Part shown: in pieces, positions 14,052-24,441 of the stretch | Position numbering within the stretch: the first letter of the stretch is position 1 | Layout of the letters: every line of letters begins with the position of its first letter | Assembly: GCA_030390025.1 (NCBI GenBank) | Contig: CM059425.1 | Location: 169,820,001 to 169,884,000 of the forward strand | DNA length: 64,000 bases | Direction of reading: 5' to 3' | Source of the DNA: Squalus acanthias | Taxonomy: Eukaryota | Translations under genes and position numbers: made by a program | The notes under the pieces: model-generated | Database searches by the model: none | Seen by the model: the letters and a program-made list of their open reading frames with translations, nothing else | Told to the model about the DNA's origin: nothing

Positions 14052-17000
14052 GAGAACATAAGAACATAAGAAATAGGAGCAGGAGTAGGCCAATCGGCCC
14101 GTCGAGCCTGCTCCACCATTCAATAAGATCATGGCTGATCTGATCCTAACCTCAAATCTAAAGAACACAAGAAGTAGGAGCAGGACCCGGCCACTCAGCC
14201 CCTGGGCCCGCTCCGCCACCCACAGGGCCCTGACCGATCCGAACTCAGCCTCATATCCAATTTCCTGCCCGCTCACCGTAACCCCTAATACCCTTTACCT
14301 CTAGGAAACTATCTATTTCTGTTTTAAATTTATTTAATGATGTAGTTTCCACAGCTTCCTGGGGCAGCAGATTCCACAGACCTACTACCCTCTGAGTGAA
14401 GAAGTTTCTCCTCATCTCAGTTTTGAAAGAGCAGCCCCTTATTCTAAGATTATGCCCCCTAGTTCTAGTTTCACCCATCCTTGGGAACATCCTTACCGCA
14501 TCCACCCGATCAAGCCCCTTCACAATCTTATGGGGTAGAAATTAGGTCGCGCCCCATTTGGGGCGCAAATATCGTCTGGACGCAAATATTAGCGCCTGGC
14601 GCTAATTATCGGCACTGACTGGAAACTTCACTTTTACCGCCCCGGGAGGTGAGTGGAGCGCTAAAGCAGGCGCTGCACACCTGTCTTAAGGCGCAAAGGC
14701 CGAGCAGTGAGGCGCTAACTCAGAGCACTGGCGAAGCTCATGTAATGTCAGTCAGCAATGGAACACACACACAATGGCACGGGCCAGTTCTTAAAGGGGA
14801 TGGTTAATCTTGCTTTCCATCCACATCCTGTTCATTGCAGCCTTGAATCTCGGCCTGGAGAGACTTGCACATCAATTGTGCTGGAAAGAACAATGGAGAG
14901 TACCAGGCAAAGAGCCCAGAGTGCAGCTCCCACAGACTCTGCTAAATCGATACAAGGAATGGCAAATCAAAATGAACCTGCAAAGTGCTGCTCAGTACCC
15001 AAAACTCCTTCACACAACGTTGAATCTCTCCAGAAGTCTCTCCCTCTCTCTCTCAGAATGCGTAGTTCAAAAATGCCACCAGCAATAAAAGACAGGAAGA
15101 GGCCCCCTTTAAATAGCGCCCCCCCCCCAGCCCCACAGCGATTGATAGCGTTCCAGTCTTCTGGTCGTTGGAAGCGCCAGGCGGTAAGGCAGGGGGCGCC
15201 ACTCAATTTCCGCTACGGGGCGCCACAAGGGCGTTGCACCATGGAATGACGTCACAATCTGAGCGCGCAGGTGGTCGCAGCGGTAAGTTTTAGCGCCGCC
15301 GCACAATCTCAAGTTAAGTTCTCGAGCGGCGCAAACATCGCTGCGCCCGGGCGTTAGCGGCTTTGCGCCCCATTAGCGCCCTCTTAAGGCGCTAACGGGA
15401 GGCGCAACCAACTGAATTTTTACCCCTATATGTTTCAATAAGATCGCCTCTCATTCTTCTGAACTCCAATGAGTAGAGTCCCAATCTACTCAACCTCTCC
15501 TCATATGTCCACCCCCTCATCCCCGGGATTAACCGAGTGAACCTTCTTTGTACTGCCTCGAGAGCAAGTATGTCTTTTCTTAAGTATGGACACCAAAACT
15601 GTATGCAGTATTCCAGGTGCGGTCTCACCAATACCTTATATAACTGCAGCAATACCTCCCTGTTTTTATAATCTATCCCCCTAGCAATAAAAGCCAACAT
15701 TCCGTTGGCCTTCTTGATCACCTGCTGCACCTGCATACTAACTTTTTGATTTTCTTGCACTAGGACCCCCAGATCCCTTTGTACTGCAGTACTTTCCAGT
15801 TTCTCGCCATTAAGATAATAACTTGCTCTCTGATTTTTCCTGCCAAAGTGCATAACCTCACATTTTCCAATATTGTATTGCATCTGCCAAATCTCCGCCC
15901 ACTCACCCAGCCTGTCTATATCCCCTTGTAGGTTTTTTATGTCCTCCTCACTTTCTACTTTCCCTCCCATCTTTGTATCATCTGCAAACTTTGATATGTT
16001 ACACTCGGTCCCCTCCTCCAAATTGTTAATATAGATTGTAAAGAGTTGGGGACCCAGCACCGACCCCTGCGGAACACCACTGGCTACTGGTTGCCAGTCC
16101 GAGAATTAACCATTTATCCCAACTCTCTGCTTCCTGATAGATAACCAATCCTCCACCCATGCCAGAATATTACCCCCAATCCAGTGATTTTTTATCTTGA
16201 GCAATAATCTTTTATGTGGCACCTTGTCGAATGCCTTCTGGAAGTCTAAATACATTACGTCCACTGGTTCCCCTTTATCCACCCTGTACGTTATGTCCTC
16301 AAAGAACTCAAGCAAATTTGTCAGACATGACTTCCCCTTCATAAAGCCATGCTGACTTTGTCCTATTAAATTATGTTTATCTAAATGTTCCGTTACTGTC
16401 TCCTTAATAATAGACTCCAAAATTTTACCCACCACAGATGTTAGGCTAACTGGTCTATAATTTCCAGCCTTCTGCCTACTACCCTTTTTAAATAAGGGTG
16501 TTACATTAGCAGTTTTCCAATCTGCCGGGACCTTTGCTGAGTCCAGGGAATTTTGGAAAATTATTACCAAAGCATCCACAATCCCTACTGCCACTTCCCT
16601 CAAGACCCTAGGATGTAAGCCATCAGGTCCAGGGGATTTATCCGCCTTGAGTCCCATTATTTTACTGAGTACCAATTCCTTAGTGATTTTAATCGTATTT
16701 AGCTCCTCCCCCGCCCTAGAGCCCCCTGTTTGTCCAGTGTTGGGATATTCTTAGTGTCCTCTACCGTAAAGACTGAAACAAAATATTTTTTCAGCATTTT
16801 TGCCATCTCCATGTTTCCCACCATTAATTTCCCGGTCTCATCCTCTAAGGCACCTACGTTTGCCTTAGCCACCCTTCTTCTTTAACTCTTGCTATCTGTT
16901 TTTATATTTTTTGCTAATTTATTTTCATAATCTATCTTCCCTTTCTTAATCAATCCTTTAGTTACTTTTTGCTGTCTTTTGAAGACTTCCCAATCTTCTA

Positions 17001-17340
17001 TCCTCCCACTAAGTTTGGCTACCTTATATGTCCTTGTTTTTAGTCGGATACTATCCTTAATTTCTTTACTTAGCCACAGATGGCTGTCATTTCTTTTACA
17101 CCCTTTTTTCCTCAGTGGAATATATATTTTTTGAAAGTTGTAAAATAACTCCTTAAATGAACACCACTGCTCATGTACCATCTTACCCTTTAATCTATTT
17201 TCCCAGTCCACTTTAATCAATTCCACTCTCATACCATCATAGTCTCCTTTATTCAAGCTCAGTACGCTTGTTTGAGAACCAACCTTCTCACCCTCTAATT
17301 GGATATGGAATTCAACCATGTTATGGTCACTCATTCCAAG
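14052..17340 (-). mobile_element. 5'-truncated CR1 LINE (EN end plus RT), interrupted by a Harbinger MITE
   Basis: [27 protein letters not shown] motifs. (agaacata)n tail at ~14054. Confidence 0.95.
14532..15426. mobile_element. Non-autonomous Harbinger, deletion derivative of the 19420 family
   Basis: TIRs ggggtagaaatt / aatttttacccc, TAT TSD. Both ends are near-identical to 19420-23636. Confidence 0.95.
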
Positions 17341-18228
17341 GGGAGGCAACGGATGAGAATTGGGCGCGCTTTGAGAGGGGTCTCCACTTCTATGTCCCCT
17401 TTCTCCATCATCTCTCTCATGGGCCAGCTGCACTTCACTGCTACCATTGTGTTGGATAGCAGCTTGCTGCAGATTAGTGCATGCTATAGGGCCAAGGCTA
17501 AGGTATCTGTCACTTTATTTAAGGTGCAGACATGTTGGCATCCAAAGTTTGCACAGCCATGATCAAGGTGTGTATGGACTCAAACGATTACCGTGTTAGA
17601 TGTTCCACAGAGTTGGCCACTCTATCCACGCAAGAAGACATCATCACAATGCCCTGCGACACACTCCACTCATGCCTTGTGAAGGAATAGCCATATTCAG
17701 AAAAATACACCATCCTATGAAAAATTCTGACTTTATTAAACATGACAAACTGGGCTTGGAAATCTGAAAGCCTCAACAATCAAAAGCTGTAAACAGCATA
17801 CAGGCTTTTGAGATAAGATAAGTTGTTGACACTGAAACAAAAGCCCTATTGAAGCAGAGGGTTAGAGCTTCCAGAAAGTCTGCAGCTTGGAAAAAAGACA
17901 ATACCATACCCAGTTAAAGATGTCTTAAACCAACACCTTGAAATGAAACACGGAACATTAAAGAAACATGTGCCTTTGTAAAAATGACATCAAGTAAAAG
18001 GAACACCTGCCATCAAATCGTTTTTATGTTAAACTTAGAACACGGAGACAGGAGTCTGTGGTACAACCAGTTGAGGTAGCTAGGGGGACAATGGTGTACC
18101 CGGTTGAAGTGTTTTTAATTTACATGTAAAAAGATACAAACAGAAGACTTTCATAAATATGACATCAATAGATGCAACAGCCATCACATTGTTTTTGTGT
18201 TGAACTTGGAACACCTAAGAGACACCAT

Positions 18229-19072
18229 GGGCTGGATTTTGTCAATGGGGCTGTGATGGAGGCGGGACTCCCACTTTTTGGGTTGTAATCCCGCCTCCAT
18301 CGACTTGTGGCCAACCCACTGTATTTTCCCTTGATTGATCCTGTTAAACCCGCCCAGCGGGCTTAGCAGGCCAATCAAGGGTCCCTTGGATACAGGTGAT
18401 GTCAGCCATTGAAATTTCATCTGTCAAGGGCTTTTGACAGATGAAATTTCAGCGTTTGACAGCTCTGTGAAGCTGTCAAACACTGACAATATGATTTCTA
18501 ATGTGAGTCCCTGTACTTAGACTCAGTTAGAAATCAATCCAGCACAGAAAGCAGAGACTGCAGCTTTTGACAGCTCCGTGGCCATTCTGCTTTCTGTGCT
18601 GGTGAGCTGAGGGACTCCCGAGAACTGAAGGAAGGAAGCCTGCAGGACAAAGTTAAGGTAAGGACAAGTTCTTATAACACTTTACACACACCAAACACAC
18701 TTACCTCTGCACTCATGCGCCCATCACTCACCTGCACACCGGACATCTCGACCCCTCCAAGCCCTCCAGACCGACGGTCCACCTTGCTAAATTGGCGTGG
18801 TTCGGACCTGTCGGGAAGCCCACACTTCAGGGCTAAAAATAGGGATTAGGCAAAAAACTGTCTGTTAACTACCTGTTAACAGGCAGTTTATTGGCACTAA
18901 TCCCCTTCCCGCCTCGGGGAGGCGGGTCCCAGCACAGGTCGGGTACCCGCCTCCTGTGAAACTGGCATGGAGGCGGGTTGGGGGCGGGATGGGTTCAGGA
19001 CCCCCGAATCTGCTATTTTCCCACCCCACACACCTCCAAACCTGCTTCCACGGGTCAATGAAAATTCTGCCC
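18229..19072 (+). mobile_element. Hairpin-cassette non-autonomous Harbinger element (copy A)
   Basis: TIRs gggctggatttt / aaaattctgccc. Homologous to 34118-34960 and 52473-53316. Confidence 0.9.
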
Positions 19073-19778
19073 GAAGTCTGCTTACAACCAGCTGAGGTGA
19101 CTTAAGAATTGAATAGAAGACCTTCGTGAGAATGACATCAAATAGATACATCTGTTACAACTGTTTTTTATGATGAACCTGAAATACCTAAAGGAGAGAC
19201 ATGAGTCTGAAAGCTACAAGCTGAACAAACTGTAAGAATAGAAGGTGTCAACAGAAAAATGACTAGAGATAATTAGCTTACATCAGCAGAAAACTTCAAA
19301 GGATATACCACTGAGAAAGAGTATAAATATAGAACTTTCAAATAGGAAGACAGAATTCGCTGGAAGGGGCAAAGCGATTCTCAGCTTCAGAGGCAATCTC
19401 TGTAAGTTTTCAACTCTTTGGGGGAAAAATTAGGTCGTGCCCCATTTGGGGCACAAATATCGTCTGGACGCAAATATTAGCGCCTGGCGCTAATTATCGC
19501 CACTGACTGGAAACTTCACTTTAACCGCCCCGGGAGGTGAGTGGAGCGCTAAATCAGGCGCTGCACACCTGTCTTAAGGCACAAAGGCCGAGCAGTGAGG
19601 CGCTAACTCAGCGCGCGAGCGCAGCGCAGCTGCTGCCAGTTAGCAAGGGAACACAGACACACTGGCGCCGGCCCCTTCTTAAAGCGGGGGGGGCCAACTT
19701 GCTCCCCAGCCACACCCTGCTCATTGCAGCCTTGAATCTCGGCCTGGAGAGACCTGTGAATCCATTTTGCTGCCAAGG

Positions 19779-21654
19779 ATGGAGAGGGTGAGAGAATGAG
19801 CTCATCGCTTCACCGAGCGGGCCTTGGATGCTCTGGTTGGCGCGGTGGAGCGCAGAAGATGTATACTCTTCCCTGGGAGTGGCAGGAGGCCTTTGCCACG
19901 CGAGTTCAGAAGAGTGTGGAGGGAGGTGGCTCAGAGCGTCTCCTCCAGGAGCATGGTGCCCAGGACCCATACTCAATGCCGCAAAAAGTTCAACGACCTC
20001 ACTCGGGTCGTCAGGGTGAGTGGCTTTTTCTCAATACCTCTCCATCCCTCCATCTCAACCTCACTCTATGGCCAGAGGGTCTTAAAACCCCAATGCACAA
20101 CACTCATCCAACACCTATGGCCCTTTCATGAAACACACACACACATTCCACACTTTGCATACAGTAAGGGCTATTCACCTATGGGAGGCACATCAGGCAA
20201 GACCATAGCTGCATACAGTAAGGGCTATTCACCTATGGGAGGCACATCAGGCAAGACCATGGCTGCATACAGTAAGGGCTATTCACCTATGGGAGGCTCA
20301 TCAGGCAAGACCATGGCTGTATATTTACTCAGATGCTGTCCTTTTTCTTACAGGCCAAGCTGGCGCATAATCGGAGACAGCAGCAACGGACAGGTGGAGG
20401 GCGGCCTCAGCTGCAACCCCTCAGCGATCTTGAGGAGCGCGTCCACAGGATTGTGGCAAGCCGGGTGATCGGTCCCATCGCCACTGGAGACGCCGACCCC
20501 GTTCTGGACAGCAATGGTAAGGTCATCACCTTTTTGTCCTCTGTCCTTCCACTTGTCCCTCACAACACCAGCCTTTGACACTTTCAATCCAACTTGCTAA
20601 CTCGCTGCACTTATTCCTCCCTTACTGCCACCCTGTCCTCACGCTAAAGCCACTCTTGTACCTCCCTGCTTTCAGATGGTGATTCACCAGCTGAGGAGAC
20701 GGGCCCTGAAGCTGCCACTGGGAGTGAAGCTGCAGCCGAGGAGGAAGAGGAAGCCGGAGCATCAGTGCCACCCTCTCCCGAGGAAGCCCATGCCCACACT
20801 GGGAACACGCCTTCCCTGGAGGGGAGCAGGGGGCAAGGGTCTGATGAGGGTGAAGCTCCAGGACCCAGCGGGCTGCAGCAACGCCATGGGGGGGTAGGGA
20901 AGAACGGGGGCCTTCTCCCCAGAGGGAGAGTATGCCAGACACTCCTACTGCAATGGACGCAGAGGAGGAGCGGCTGATCGCAGAAATGAACACCCAGGCG
21001 GTGGGCATGCACACTGAGCTCATGGGTGCAGTGGGAAGGGTGCCCGAATGCATTGAGTCACTGGCAAGGAGTGTGGAGCACTTCGCTGTAGCACAGGTGG
21101 ATGCCACACTAACGCTTAGTGCTGCAATTCAGTCACTGGCTGCCGTGATCCCATCTCTGACTGCTCTCATGCAGACTCAGATTGAGGCCACGCGAGCACA
21201 GACTGCTGCCAACCTCGATGGTTCGTTCACATGTCCCCGGGGCTGTCACCGCGCCGCAGCAGGCCAGCAATCTGTTCTCCAGCAGATTGCTCCGGATGCT
21301 GAAGTGCTGCCCCGTGGGAGTGCCAGTGTGTCGGGTGAGCAGGGAGTTGCTGTCCTCTCTCACGATGACAGCATTCCTGCTGCCAACACTGTCACTTCTC
21401 CACTGCACTTGCCACCGCCTGTAGGACAGACTGCTGCCGCCCATGCAGAGTTGGTGCAGTCTGCATCCGGGCCCTCCAGGCCCAGAACTGGTCGAGGCCG
21501 TCCTTCAGGGGCATCTGCAGTGTCAGGGTCTGACGAGCAGCAGCCTTCCACCAGCCTTGCTGCAGCCACTGAGGTCCCATTACGGAGGAGCAGTAGGGTT
21601 AGAAGGGGGAAGTGCGCAAGGGAAGGAGATCACACCTCGAAGGGCAAAAAGTAG
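19779..21654 (+). pseudogene. Myb/SANT-like gene, exons 19779-20015, 20354-20516, 20676-21654
   Basis: MERVRE*AHRFTERALDALV..QCRKKFNDL, then AKLAHNRRQQQRTGGG. Canonical splice sites. TGA at 19797 and one frameshift near the G-run at ~20890. Confidence 0.88.
20157..20318 (+). repeat. 3 x 54-bp tandem repeat in Myb intron 1
   Basis: gcatacagtaagggctattcacctatgggaggcacatcaggcaagaccat(a/g)gct at 20157, 20211 and 20265. Confidence 0.95.
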
Positions 21655-21966
21655 GAGGTGTGACAAAATGCTGGTCATTTTTTTATTAAAGGTCGAGGTT
21701 CATGGTCCAACTTTTGTTTAGTGTTTTGGACATTATCTCCAGGTTGTGAGAACCAGTTCTGTTATTGACTGTTTTTTTGTGTTTATTTCTATGAGTTTTT
21801 CATGAGGAATTGACACACACAGAGTTTGTAAAATAAATAAGTTTCTGTATTCAAAATATACATGGTTGGTGGTTGGAATTATTGGTGCCTTGGCCGGCTT
21901 AGGGGTTGCGTGCTGGGTTCATTGATGTTGTTAGCAATGGCAGAAGCCATTTCCACAGCAGGGGAC

Positions 21967-23127
21967 CTAGAAGCGGCTTGCTATTAGCCATTGACGGACG
22001 GCCCTTGCAGTGTCACCATTGTGGGCCGCCCTCCCGCCTTGGTGCTGCTGATGATCATCCTCCTCGTCCTCTTCCTCCTCTTCCTCCTCCTCCTCTGGTG
22101 GTGCTCCAAGGCCTGGTGGCATTGGCTGGGTCCTGAGGATTGCCATGTTATGCAACATGCAGCACACAACTACGAATTTGGATACTCGCTCAGGCGAGTA
22201 CTGCAGGGCTCCTCCTGAATGGTCGAGACAGCGGAACCGTTGCTTCAGCACGCCGATTGTGCGCTCAATTATGTTCCTGGTAGCTTGATGGCTCTCATTG
22301 TACCGCAGCTCAGCAGGGGTGTTGGGCGTACGGAGCGGTGTCATCAGCCAGGTGCTCAATGCATACCCCTTGTCCCCGAGAAGCCAACCAACTGGCTGAT
22401 GCGGTGCCTCGAAAAGTTCTGCCACAGTAGTCTGGCGCAGGATAAAAGCATCGTGGCAGCTGCCCGGATAGTGGGCATTGACAGCGAGTATCAGCTGTCT
22501 GTGGTCACAGACCAACTGAACATTCAAGGAATGGAACCCCTTTCTGTTCCGGAATTCCTCGGCATTCTCATGCGGAGCACGCAAAGCCACATGCGTGCAG
22601 TCAATGGCGCCCTGCACCATGGGGAAGCCCGCTACCCTCGCAAAGCCCAGAGCGCGGTCACGCTGCTTGTCTGGGGTCATGGGGAAAGAGATGAACTCTC
22701 GTCTCCTTTTAAAGAGGGCATTTGTGACCTGCCGGATGCAGCAATGCACCGCGAACTGGGAGATATTGGCGAGGTCCCCAGCAGCAGCTTGAAATGAGCC
22801 AGTAGCGTAGAAGTTGAGAGCCACTGTGACCTTCACTGCCACCGACAGAGACGTCCTGGACCTCAGTTGAGGCTGCAGATCTGGCTGCAGCAGGTGGCAG
22901 AGCTCAGTGACCACCTCCTTGCTGAATCGCAGCCTTCGCAAACACAGCTCCTCAGACATATGAATGTAGGAGAGCTGTTCACGATATACCCTGGGAGGGT
23001 AAGCTCTCCTGTACATATGCCTGTTGGCCCTCCTCCGTCTGGCCATCATTGCCACTCTCTTTCTGCGTCTCTGTGTCCTCCGATTCAGCTGGAGCAGGAC
23101 GACGCCCCCAATCAGTGCAGCCCCCAT
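21967..23127 (-). CDS. Intact Harbinger (HARBI1-like) transposase, ~386 aa from MGAAL
   Basis: Uninterrupted ORF with GAIDCTHV, GSCHD, GDKGY and IERTIG (D-D-E). Confidence 0.93.
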   Translation of the reverse strand: MGAALIGGVVLLQLNRRTQRRRKRVAMMARRRRANRHMYRRAYPPRVYREQLSYIHMSEELCLRRLRFSKEVVTELCHLLQPDLQPQLRSRTSLSVAVKVTVALNFYATGSFQAAAGDLANISQFAVHCCIRQVTNALFKRRREFISFPMTPDKQRDRALGFARVAGFPMVQGAIDCTHVALRAPHENAEEFRNRKGFHSLNVQLVCDHRQLILAVNAHYPGSCHDAFILRQTTVAELFEAPHQPVGWLLGDKGYALSTWLMTPLRTPNTPAELRYNESHQATRNIIERTIGVLKQRFRCLDHSGGALQYSPERVSKFVVVCCMLHNMAILRTQPMPPGLGAPPEEEEEEEEEDEEDDHQQHQGGRAAHNGDTARAVRQWLIASRF

Positions 23128-24304
23128 AGTCTCTTTGCAAGCAAAGTAATGAAGGACAGCAACTAAAGTACTAGCGAAGTTAGGATCAGTAGGCAAAACT
23201 ACCTCACAAAGCGTTGTCAATGCAGAAGTCTCTCTTTCTCTCTCTCCGAATCTCTCTCTCTCTCTCAGAACGAGTGGTGCAAAAATGTCCACCACAGAAA
23301 AAGACAGGAAGAGGCCCCCTTTAAATAGCGCCCCCCCCAGCCCCACAGCGATTGATAGCGTTCCAGTCTTCCGGTCGTTGGATGCGCCAGGCGGTAAGGC
23401 AGGGGGCGCCACTCAATTTCCGCTCCGGGGCGCCACAAGGGCGTTGCACCATGGAATGACGTCACAATCTGCGCGCGCAGGTGGTCGCAGCGGTAAGGTT
23501 TAGCGCTGCCGCACAATCTCTAGTTAAGTTCCCGAGCGGCGCAAACATCGCTGCGCCCAGGCGTTAGCGGCTTTGCGCCCCATTAGCACCCTCTTAAGGC
23601 ACTAACGGGAGGCGCAACCAACTGAATTTTTACCCCTTTAAGTCTCGGGTATCAAGGTATTTGATTTTGGTGGATATCCTGGAATAAGACTAAGTAAGAA
23701 ATGTAAAAATGTAACGAAGTTAAGATTTGAGAATAAGAAGCTCTGATAAAAGAATTGTAAGCTTTTGTATTTTGAACTGTTAATGTTGCGACTGAATCAC
23801 CAACTGTAACTACATGTCGGTTCTTTAATAAATCTGTATTTGTTTAGAATTGTCTCACGTAGTACTTCTGTATCAAACTCGTGAACTCAATCTCTGTACA
23901 CTCTTTGGTGAGGAGTTGCTGAATTCTGGGGGAGTTTTCCGGACCCTCATAATATCCGGAAGGTTACAGTCTAGCTAAACTTATTAAAAGTGCTATCTGG
24001 AGGACGGTAACATCTTCAGGTCGTTCCTTTCCTTTAGGGAGAGATAGTCTGGACCTTTAGACCCAATTAAGCGTCTTTAGGATCTGGCTACCTCTAACTT
24101 TAGTTGAAGGTGAACGTCTGGGGAATACACCTGATCCGGGGTAGCCCAAAAAGGGCTAGGACTAGTAGTAATCCTTTTAGCCTGAGGCAGACTCTTTCAT
24201 TCTCTCTGCAATCATGTGTGCTTGGAAGGCCAATGTTCCCATTCATTTTATTTGGCTGCGCGGCCCCTTTAACTGGCTGTGCAGCTCATTCAAATATAAC
24301 ATCT

Positions 24305-24441
24305 TCTCGTTCTGATAAAAGGTCAACGACCTGAAACGTTAACTCTGTTTCTCTCCACATGTGCTGCCTGACCTGCTGAGCGTTTCCAGCATTTTCTGTT
24401 TTTATTTCCGATTTCTCACATCCGCCGTATTTTGCTTTTTG
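24305..24441 (+). repeat. Penelope-type short repeat with a degenerate hammerhead
   Basis: gtt-CTGATAA-a-AGGTC aac GACCT-GAAA-cgtt-aac. Related copies at 5379 and 62534. Confidence 0.7.

Larger units (their letters stand above)
19420..23636. mobile_element. Full-length PIF/Harbinger transposon
   Basis: TIRs gggggaaaaatt / aatttttacccc, TTT TSD, two convergent genes. Confidence 0.96.
17680..24179 (+). mobile_element. Solo LTR (~1.4 kb net) split by two Harbinger insertions
   Basis: Start tgaaggaata and 3' half are homologous to 60517-61529. TATAAA at ~19323, AATAAA at ~23827. Flanks gccttg / gcctga. Confidence 0.75.

Noticed and set aside
20157..20318. CRISPR-like array or coding repeat
   Set aside because: Head-to-tail repeats without spacers, inside an intron.
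21967..23412. Host HARBI1 gene, or the 481-aa ORF start
   Set aside because: The ORF is flanked by TIRs and a TSD with a Myb partner. The upstream ~95 codons are promoter/UTR sequence also present in the MITE.
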